Source: a virus. Taken from it: a DNA stretch of 39,792 bases. Each line of letters opens with the position of its first letter. The stretch's first letter is position 1. The stretch spans positions 1 through 39,792 of the IMG/VR virus record IMGVR_UViG_3300013767_000083. The stretch is one strand, 5' to 3'. Below are positions 17,278 through 23,144 of the stretch, in pieces. Position numbers and translations under genes: made by a program. Under the pieces are notes generated by a model. The model was not told the DNA's origin, did no database searches, and was given only the letters and a program-made list of their open reading frames with translations.

Positions 17278-17371
17278 GGGAGCAGTGGGGACAGGTGGTT
17301 CGATGGTTTCCGTGTCGAAAGCTTCGGATCTCTATGCCTCGATCACCGAGGCCGCGAGCTAGCCATTCCAT
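17066..17371 (-). CDS. Primase zinc-binding domain ORF, in a separate frame from the primase-helicase
   Basis: TTCPHCSHERKHSREKCLSVTVTDDGAVWNCWHCGWRGG has a CxxC...CxxC pattern. After about codon 63 the sequence turns Arg/Ser-rich and junk-like. The frame differs by 1 nt from 15736..17277. Confidence 0.65.
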   Translation of the reverse strand: MEWLARGLGDRGIEIRSFRHGNHRTTCPHCSHERKHSREKCLSVTVTDDGAVWNCWHCGWRGGLRDSEAISSFNGRGARGSRSRSGAAREAWRRAIKQAAW

Positions 17372-18033
17372 GCGGCGCTCCGCATCGACGCGGGAGGCCC
17401 GGTGGCATCGGCCAGATCGGCCTTGCTAATCCAGTTTCGCCAGTTGTGGCTCCAGCTATGGGCCGTTCGGTTGTTCGCCCGAGCGTGATTTTTAAATCGC
17501 TCGGTTTCTCGATCGATGTCTTTGGGTCTTAAATCCGGTCTGGACTTCTTCGCCCACTCGAGATCTTCGCCGGAAGGATGGAAATCGTCGGGAATTTCGT
17601 GCGCCGTGCTTGCACGCGTCTTCCCATTCCCTTCCCTTCCTTTCCCTTCCTTTCCCCACTGGGCGTTCATTTCTGGATTTGACGCGTGCAAATCTTGATT
17701 TGCTCCAGTCAATTCCTTCGCGGGATCAGGCAATTTTGAGGCAACTTCCCGAGGGTTGGGCGTCTGGTGCTCGAGAAAAGTCGGAATGAATGCCAGCCCG
17801 TCACCGTATGGGACGACCAAACCCCGAGAGGTGAGCTCGTCGCACACTCCCTCAAGGTCGCAGTTGTCATCCGGCAGGTAGCGGCGCTTAAGCGCTCTAG
17901 GCGCCCATACCAGGCGACCTTCCCTATCGGCCTCGCACCAAAGGCCGATGTAAAGCAGACGGGCGAACGGCGACAAAGCGCAGATATCGTCGCTCGTAAA
18001 GAAATCAGGCTTGATTGTACGGATGCGCGCCAC
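17359..18033 (-). CDS. Putative replication organizer (DnaT/DnaD-like C-terminus)
   Basis: 224 aa with a GTG start. N-terminus MARIRTIKPDFFTSDDICALSPFARLLYIGLWCEADREGRL, C-terminus FHPSGEDLEWAKK...ERFKNHARANNRTAHSWSHNWRNWI. It lies just upstream of the primase. Confidence 0.4.
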   Translation of the reverse strand: MARIRTIKPDFFTSDDICALSPFARLLYIGLWCEADREGRLVWAPRALKRRYLPDDNCDLEGVCDELTSRGLVVPYGDGLAFIPTFLEHQTPNPREVASKLPDPAKELTGANQDLHASNPEMNAQWGKEGKGREGNGKTRASTAHEIPDDFHPSGEDLEWAKKSRPDLRPKDIDRETERFKNHARANNRTAHSWSHNWRNWISKADLADATGPPASMRSAAWNG

Positions 18034-18035
18034 GA

Positions 18036-18182
18036 TTACTCCGCCAAGATCTGGGCCATAGCTTCATCGTCGGTGACGACCATAAGAACGCCTTGGCGGG
18101 CAAAGAAAGCGAGGTTTTCGCGTTCGCTATCCTCGAAGAGCTCGTCCCATTCTTCTTGGGTCTCGGGCTGCCTGGGCTTCAT
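18036..18182 (-). CDS. Small acidic hypothetical protein (48 aa, below the track threshold)
   Basis: Hand translation gives MKPRQPETQEEWDELFEDSERENLAFFARQGVLMVVTDDEAMAQILAE. ATGA overlap with the upstream gene. Confidence 0.35.
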   Translation of the reverse strand: MKPRQPETQEEWDELFEDSERENLAFFARQGVLMVVTDDEAMAQILAE

Positions 18183-18379
18183 AATGCTTCCAGCTTGTTC
18201 TGTTTAATGAGTTCACGGGCGCGTTCCTTGGTGATTGTTCCGTGGAGCGCGGCACCTACGATCATCCGCTTGATGACGGGACGAAGGCATTGAGCGAGGG
18301 ACTTCATGCCTTCAGGAAGCGCGCAATCCTTGTGGGAAGCCAGAGGCTTGATATCACCGTTTTGTGCCAGATCACTCAT
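18179..18379 (-). CDS. Hypothetical protein
   Basis: 66 aa from the ATG at 18379, with an ATGA overlap to the DUF1064-like gene. Confidence 0.4.
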   Translation of the reverse strand: MSDLAQNGDIKPLASHKDCALPEGMKSLAQCLRPVIKRMIVGAALHGTITKERARELIKQNKLEAL

Positions 18380-18699
18380 GAAAGCCTCCATTCGATATCG
18401 GGATAAAGAGCCTTCGCGAGAGCGAATTTGATCTTAAAAACAGGGGTTAAAACGCCCTTTCGATCTTCTACGACACGTTGGCTGCCGTCCTCGAGATCGA
18501 GGTATTCCCAATCACCGACGTAGGTGCAGATCTTCACCCCGCAGACGATCAGGGGGAACCTGGGCTGCCGCTTGACGATCGTGATACTGCCGGCGCGTTC
18601 CAACAGTTTTAGCTCAGCGTCACGAGCCGCTTCAGCCTTGCTGGCAAAGCGCACGCCGTCGATGACGACTGGTTGATTGTTGTATTTGCGCCGACGCAT
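18376..18699 (-). CDS. DUF1064-like protein (putative endonuclease or junction resolvase)
   Basis: 107 aa. The sequence RRKYNNQPVVIDGVRFASKAEAARDAELKLLERAGSI...YVGDWEYL...VEDRKGVLTPVFKIK matches the DUF1064 pattern as I recall it. Confidence 0.65.
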   Translation of the reverse strand: MRRRKYNNQPVVIDGVRFASKAEAARDAELKLLERAGSITIVKRQPRFPLIVCGVKICTYVGDWEYLDLEDGSQRVVEDRKGVLTPVFKIKFALAKALYPDIEWRLS

Positions 18700-18702
18700 G
18701 GA

Positions 18703-19011
18703 TCAAAAAGGCACTTCGTCGTTGAGTACCTGACGGCCAGACGAAGAGCGCTGAGGCGCTGGCGCTTGGCGTTGCTGCTGAGGCTCGTATGGCGGCGCGA
18801 CCGACAGACTCAGGTACGTCTTGCCGTTCTTGTCCTGCTTCTTCCAGCCGCCAAGCTGCACCTTGCATTCGCCGCCGTTGGCTCGATCGAATGCATTGCA
18901 GAAGGCGTCGAGCAATTCCTTGGTGAGATTGAAATTGCCCTGGTAATCCGGATGAGTCTGTTGTGTCTTGCGGCTGTTCTGGAACAGCGCGCCCATGCCC
19001 TTGACTGACAT
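18703..19011 (-). CDS. Putative small ssDNA-binding protein
   Basis: 102 aa with a Gln/Pro-rich linker ending in NDEVPF, which resembles the acidic SSB C-terminal tip DDDIPF. It lies in the replication/recombination neighbourhood. Confidence 0.4.
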   Translation of the reverse strand: MSVKGMGALFQNSRKTQQTHPDYQGNFNLTKELLDAFCNAFDRANGGECKVQLGGWKKQDKNGKTYLSLSVAPPYEPQQQRQAPAPQRSSSGRQVLNDEVPF

Positions 19012-19221
19012 CTATTTTCCTTTCGAGCGACGCTTGAGACGAGGACGATGAACGATGACGGTGACGCGCATTGGCCTAAGATCACCGTTGATTGTCCGGA
19101 ACATTGCCTCTCGATTGCCGAACACCATGCCGGCGAAGCCGTCCTTCAATTGCGACAGGAAGGCCTTGTCATTGGCAATCCAGCCGACATAGCGCGGCTC
19201 TGGTCTGCGTCCGTTAGCCAA
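19012..19221 (-). CDS. Hypothetical protein
   Basis: 69-aa ORF, tightly packed in the operon (a TAG stop directly followed by the next ATG). Confidence 0.4.
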   Translation of the reverse strand: MANGRRPEPRYVGWIANDKAFLSQLKDGFAGMVFGNREAMFRTINGDLRPMRVTVIVHRPRLKRRSKGK

Positions 19222-19660
19222 GGTGAAATATCTCCTGAAGACCCTCGGCCGTGCTCATGCCATCGTTGCGGCAGGCGCGGAGATAGGTGTGCTCCTTGCG
19301 CGTCAGGGAGCGTTTACCCATGGGATGAGGCCCGCGGCGACGCTTGGGCCAATTGTGCGCTACAGCCTGATTGTAGAGACTACGAGGCGAGACTCCGTAT
19401 AGTTCACAGATCGTCGATAAGGGGATATGCGGATCGCGATAAATCTCCCCCACTTCTTCGATCAGGCGGTTGTGCCATTTCTTTGGCTTGCGTCTTCCAC
19501 GAAGTGATTTGAAGTCAGCCGGCACATACTCTCGCGCTTGGAGATAACCGACATCGACGATCAAACAAGCCTTCACCAGCGGTACGCCAGCGAGCATCAG
19601 CCCGCAAATTGCAGCTTTCTGGCCAATCGTCATTCGTCTGGGGGTTCGGAGACCGGACAT
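19214..19660 (-). CDS. Hypothetical protein with HTH-like segments (possible regulator)
   Basis: 148 aa, basic, with several helix-turn-helix-like stretches such as IPLSTICELYGVSPRSLYNQ. Confidence 0.4.
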   Translation of the reverse strand: MSGLRTPRRMTIGQKAAICGLMLAGVPLVKACLIVDVGYLQAREYVPADFKSLRGRRKPKKWHNRLIEEVGEIYRDPHIPLSTICELYGVSPRSLYNQAVAHNWPKRRRGPHPMGKRSLTRKEHTYLRACRNDGMSTAEGLQEIFHLG

Positions 19661-19709
19661 TTACTTACCACCTTGCCATTCGTCCTGATTGAACAGATCC
19701 GGGCTCCAG

Positions 19710-20057
19710 CTAGACGCCAGAAGGTCCCGTTTTGCCCGTTGGCCTGCGTACATCGCGACTCGATGCGCTATGCTGTGCACGCGCTTCCACAGCATTCCGC
19801 GCCAGAACCTCAAGTTCATGGGCTGCTTCCTCGCGCTGAATGGCGCTTGTCTTGAATTGTTCGAAAATGGTCTGAAGATGAATCCATTCGGATGCCGAAA
19901 GCTCGACTCTCTTCAACCACACGTTACGCGTACGCCAGTAATTCCAACCCAATTCCCGCGCGGCGCGAGCAATCCATGACTTCCGGTTGTCACCCCAATC
20001 GTGGGGGCCGGCGATAAACGCCACGCGCTTTGATGCTTCGATAGCCACGTCAATCAT
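19710..20057 (-). CDS. Hypothetical protein
   Basis: 115 aa from the ATG at 20057, which overlaps the stop of the upstream ORF by 8 nt. Confidence 0.4.
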   Translation of the reverse strand: MIDVAIEASKRVAFIAGPHDWGDNRKSWIARAARELGWNYWRTRNVWLKRVELSASEWIHLQTIFEQFKTSAIQREEAAHELEVLARNAVEARAQHSASSRDVRRPTGKTGPSGV

Positions 20058-20544
20058 GTGCTGTCTCCAGCATGATTTGTGCTGTCCACGGCACGACTTG
20101 TGCTGCTTCTGACCCACTTTCCCCTCCACACTGTTGCGCATGGGAAGGGTTGTTCATTCTTGGGTTCCTATTGGCTTCATCGCGAGGCGCTTGGCTGCCA
20201 GGCTCGTGGCGTCTCGCGCCGGAATTTCGAGCCAGTTGCGAGGGAGTGCGCAGACTGGCTCCGGCAATGGTAGCGGCATTGCCGACCGCGCCGACGACGG
20301 GGGAAGCGGGCGCGGATTTAGGGATAGAAAGCCCCAACGGGTTGGGCGGAGAACCCGCAGCAATGAGGGCTGCGCCGTTGGGGAGGTTGCACACGGTTCC
20401 AGCAGCGGTAGACCCGCTGACTGGCGGAGAGGCGGCAATGACCGGGCCGCCATGTGCGATGGGAACAGGGACGCCAGTGAGTGGGCACTGGCCGGGGTGG
20501 CGTCGTGATTGCGCCAGCGCTTGTAGCGGCGTCACCCCTCTCAT
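20050..20544 (-). CDS. Pro/Ala/Gly-rich hypothetical protein
   Basis: 164 aa from the ATG at 20544 (ATGA overlap, GGAG upstream). Low complexity. Competing shadow ORFs exist on both strands. Confidence 0.3.
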   Translation of the reverse strand: MRGVTPLQALAQSRRHPGQCPLTGVPVPIAHGGPVIAASPPVSGSTAAGTVCNLPNGAALIAAGSPPNPLGLSIPKSAPASPVVGAVGNAATIAGASLRTPSQLARNSGARRHEPGSQAPRDEANRNPRMNNPSHAQQCGGESGSEAAQVVPWTAQIMLETAHD

Positions 20545-20642
20545 TCTCCGCTCCCCGCAATCAGGGAGAGGATGGCCAGCAGCAGGCATGCGCCGGCCGT
20601 CATGCCGAGAAGGAACACGAGGATAGCAGCGATACCGATCAT
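20541..20642 (-). CDS. 33-aa single-TM peptide (below the track threshold)
   Basis: Hand translation gives MIGIAAILVFLLGMTAGACLLLAILSLIAGSGE. Its ATG directly follows the upstream TAG. Confidence 0.3.
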   Translation of the reverse strand: MIGIAAILVFLLGMTAGACLLLAILSLIAGSGE

Positions 20643-20837
20643 CTAGTGCCTCTCGGTGATCCAGTTGAGGCACCAGAAGCCAATGGCGTGCAGCGATGGC
20701 AGGAGAACCCAGCGGGGCCAGCCCAACGGCGGAAGCCCCTGCCGCATCAGGAAAGCCTCGAACCAGGCCAGCACGAACAGGGCCAGGAAGAACGAGACGA
20801 TGCCTGTCGCGAGGCTGGAGGTGAAATAGCGGGTCAT
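20643..20837 (-). CDS. Small membrane protein (2 TM)
   Basis: 64 aa with hydrophobic segments GIVSFFLALFVLAWF and VLLPSLHAIGFWCL. ATGA overlap with the upstream gene. Confidence 0.45.
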   Translation of the reverse strand: MTRYFTSSLATGIVSFFLALFVLAWFEAFLMRQGLPPLGWPRWVLLPSLHAIGFWCLNWITERH

Positions 20838-20992
20838 GGCAGCAATGCCCTAGCCAGCTCGACGCCAAGAGCGATCAGCGCCCACATAAAGAGGCTGGGA
20901 AGGATGGCGTTCTTGACGCCGCGCCAGATGGCGGCGTCCATGACGATGCTCTCCTCGAGCTCGGCGCGGTCGCTGAAGCTGATATCAGTCAT
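20834..20992 (-). CDS. Small membrane protein (1 TM)
   Basis: 52 aa from the ATG at 20992 (ATGA overlap with the cro stop). TM segment ILPSLFMWALIALGV. Confidence 0.4.
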   Translation of the reverse strand: MTDISFSDRAELEESIVMDAAIWRGVKNAILPSLFMWALIALGVELARALLP

Positions 20993-21231
20993 TGCTTCCT
21001 CCGGTTTGTGCGACGCTTCTTGGATTTCGTTTGGAAGGCAGGGGCGATGAGTTCGGCCGCCGTCACCTTCCCGCCAGTCGCCGCCTCGATGTCCGCGCAT
21101 GCCTCAGGCGAAGGCCATCCGCGCTGCAGCCATTCCCAGACGGTTGACTGGTTGCGTCCGATCGCTTCCGCTAATCCCACCTGAGTCTTGAAGTGGTTTA
21201 CGGCCCGCTGAATCGGAGTTTGAGTGTCCAT
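20989..21231 (-). CDS. cro: Cro / YdaS-like HTH regulator
   Basis: 80 aa from the ATG at 21231. HTH segment QVGLAEAIGRNQSTVWEWLQRG. It is divergent from the cI-like gene. Confidence 0.65.
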   Translation of the reverse strand: MDTQTPIQRAVNHFKTQVGLAEAIGRNQSTVWEWLQRGWPSPEACADIEAATGGKVTAAELIAPAFQTKSKKRRTNRRKQ

Positions 21232-21304
21232 ACCGGAATTATTATCGGCAAACCGGTACGGCGTCAAGCGGGCAACCGATACGGCTTCCGGTTATCGTTC
21301 CGGC
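21231..21304. promoter_or_regulatory. Divergent cI/cro control region with a PR-like promoter and an array of TAYCGR hexamers (candidate operators)
   Basis: The minus strand reads TTGACG (21262-21267), a 15-nt spacer (16 if the -10 is read as ATAATA), then GATAAT (21241-21246), ending 9 nt before the cro ATG. Hexamers: TACCGG 21231, TATCGG 21243, CCGGTA 21253, CCGATA 21276, CCGGTTA 21288. AACCGGTACGGC and AACCGATACGGC lie 23 bp apart. Confidence 0.45.
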
Positions 21305-22003
21305 ATGACTCAGGGAGAAAAGATCAGAAAGCTCCGCGAAGCCAAGGGCTGGGAGCAAGAGGATCTGGCCAAAGCCGTGCAGGCTTTGGGAGGAAAACTG
21401 TCTCAGTCGTCAGTTTCCGACTTGGAGCGCGACGTTACAAAGCGCCCAAGATACTTGCGCGAAATCGCCATCGCGCTAGACACGACGGAGGACGAGCTGA
21501 AGGACGACGATCTCAAATCCGCGCAAGCGCTACAGCCGAGCGTGCGCATCCCCCCGCGAGCTATGCAACAAAGCACACCAACTGAGGATGGCAAGAAAGC
21601 ACCACTATTGTTACAGTGGCACGTATCGCTTTCGGGCGATAAATTCGGAGGTTGGTTGTTGAATGCAAAAAGAATAGTAGGGGAAATTCCAAGACCAGCT
21701 AAGCACTTACGAGCAGATGAGGCTTTCCAAGTAGAGGTCATCGATAACCGGAATGAACCGGTTTATGAGCTAAGTGATATTTTGACGATTGATCCGGCAA
21801 AACAGTATCAGATTAACCGTAATCATATCTTCGTAAGTGACCCCCATCAGTCCGGGGGATCGCCCTGTATCTTGGCCCGTCTGGTTCGTGAGACTACAAC
21901 TGAGTGGATAGTCCGGCAGTACAACAGCAAGGGAGAGTTCAAGCTGCCGAAGGCGGACTACCCGAATGCGTGGCGCGTGATTGATAGAACCGAGCGCCCA
22001 TAG
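21305..22003 (+). CDS. cI: CI-like repressor (XRE HTH plus an S24/LexA-like C-terminal domain that appears to lack the Ser/Lys dyad)
   Basis: 232 aa from the ATG at 21305. HTH segment IRKLREAKGWEQEDLAKAV. The C-terminus AFQVEVIDNRNEPVYELSDILTIDP aligns by eye to lambda CI AFWLEVEGNSMT. Confidence 0.8.
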   Translation: MTQGEKIRKLREAKGWEQEDLAKAVQALGGKLSQSSVSDLERDVTKRPRYLREIAIALDTTEDELKDDDLKSAQALQPSVRIPPRAMQQSTPTEDGKKAPLLLQWHVSLSGDKFGGWLLNAKRIVGEIPRPAKHLRADEAFQVEVIDNRNEPVYELSDILTIDPAKQYQINRNHIFVSDPHQSGGSPCILARLVRETTTEWIVRQYNSKGEFKLPKADYPNAWRVIDRTERP

Positions 22004-22354
22004 GACCGCTACCCGCTAGTCCCTCCCTCAAGGTCAGACTGGCGGGCTCCTATGTCCACTCTCGATCGGCTATAGCTGCGCTGGCTGTTTTAACGAGTGC
22101 CCGCATCTCGCCCTCCCCGGTTGAGCCGGCTTACGGGACGTTGCCCCATCTAAGGGGCGGCGCAGTTACCCACCTTCGCATGGCCTCCGGTGGCGGTCGG
22201 GTAAGCCCCGGCCGATCTTCGCACCCCTACTCGGCTATGGCGGGCGCATTCCAGGGACCACACATCTGGACAGGATGTCTCTGAGAGCGTACAAATTTCG
22301 TACGGCAATCTAACTGCCTATCCGGTTAAGGGCTGCGGTCACAGACTTAACCTA
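22004..22354 (+). other. ORF-free, helix-rich spacer (candidate ncRNA or long structured cI 3' UTR)
   Basis: No ORF of 60 aa or more in any of six frames, and by hand only ORFs of 34 aa or fewer. Helices: 22042-49/22095-104, 22143-47/22154-58, 22170-74/22189-93, 22194-201/22207-14, 22288-92/22300-04. Confidence 0.35.
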
Positions 22355-22396
22355 GACCCCGTCCGGTTTGTCCCCCGGGCGGGGTCTCCATTTGTT
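22355..22396 (+). terminator. Intrinsic terminator
   Basis: A 12-bp stem GACCCCGTCCGG / CCGGGCGGGGTC (one G-U pair) with an 8-nt loop, followed by TCCATTTGTT. Confidence 0.65.
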
Positions 22397-22482
22397 CCTA
22401 TCACATTTCCGATAAAGCGCAAAGGAAAGTCGATTTGGGTATGCCCCAAATTGGCCACGGGATAGATGCGCTAAAACGAATT

Positions 22483-22533
22483 TACCGATTTATCGATTTT
22501 ACCGGTTGACCCATATCGGATTTCCGGTATGAT
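22483..22533 (+). promoter_or_regulatory. Early-left promoter overlapped by TAYCGR hexamers
   Basis: TTGACC (22506-11), a 16-nt spacer, then TATGAT (22528-33). Hexamers: TACCGA 22483, TATCGA 22491, TACCGG 22500, TATCGG 22514, CCGGTA 22524. Confidence 0.55.
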
Positions 22534-22573
22534 CCCCTCCACAGCCGCCCCACGCGGCACCCCGGAGGGACAG

Positions 22574-22765
22574 ATGGACAGCTTGAAATTCTGGGCAGTG
22601 GCAGACGGAGGCAAGGTCGCCATTCATGCCTCGAACCTGAAAGGCCTGCACTTCACCGCGCCGCTTGATCGCGCGCAGGCAGAATACTTCGCTCAAAGGC
22701 TGCTTGAGGCGATTGAGGCACTTCCCCGCCTCGCCACCGAATCCGATCTCGGCTTAGCAGCGTAA
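22574..22765 (+). CDS. Hypothetical early protein
   Basis: 63 aa from the ATG at 22574, with GGAGGG 4 nt upstream. It is the first gene after the promoter. Confidence 0.5.
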   Translation: MDSLKFWAVADGGKVAIHASNLKGLHFTAPLDRAQAEYFAQRLLEAIEALPRLATESDLGLAA

Positions 22766-22781
22766 CGCGGCACCCCGGAGG

Positions 22782-23117
22782 ATGATGATGGCTCACACGC
22801 CCGGACCCTGGAGAGCAATGTGTTTAAAGCACAACACATTCGTCATCCGTGAGAGTCTAGGACGCAATGACGAAACTGGCAGCGTCCGCATTTGCGAGAT
22901 CGCCGGGTCAAAAGACGACGACCTCCGTCCATTCAACAAAGAGAGATGGGAAGCTGATGCGCTACTGATCGCTGCCGCCCCCGATCTGCTCGCATCTCTC
23001 AAGCAAATGACTTCTCTCTTCAAGAGCGCGCTTCTTTGCACCTCGGTCAAGATTGCGCGTGAGGGCCGGCCGTTCATCGATGAAGCCGAAGCCATCATCC
23101 GCAAAGCCACGTCATAA
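22782..23117 (+). CDS. Hypothetical phage protein (HTPGPW...LIAAAPDLL type)
   Basis: 111-aa ORF with a GGAGG ribosome-binding site. The motif pair TPGPW and ADALLIAAAPDLLASLK recurs in small phage early proteins. Confidence 0.5.
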   Translation: MMMAHTPGPWRAMCLKHNTFVIRESLGRNDETGSVRICEIAGSKDDDLRPFNKERWEADALLIAAAPDLLASLKQMTSLFKSALLCTSVKIAREGRPFIDEAEAIIRKATS

Positions 23118-23144
23118 CGCCCCACCCTCGCAAGGAGAGATGAC

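Noticed and set aside
20072-21050. Plus-strand ORFs 20072..20626 and 20481..21050, and minus-strand ORFs 20154..20453 and 20318..20560
   Set aside because: They conflict with the chain of minus-strand genes linked by ATGA/TAGATG coupling and have no start signals. The coding assignment in 20050-20544 remains weak.
22423-22431. AGGAAAGTC, reminiscent of the conserved RNase P RNA motif
   Set aside because: It is an isolated 9-mer downstream of the terminator, and none of the other RNase P conserved regions or helices are present.
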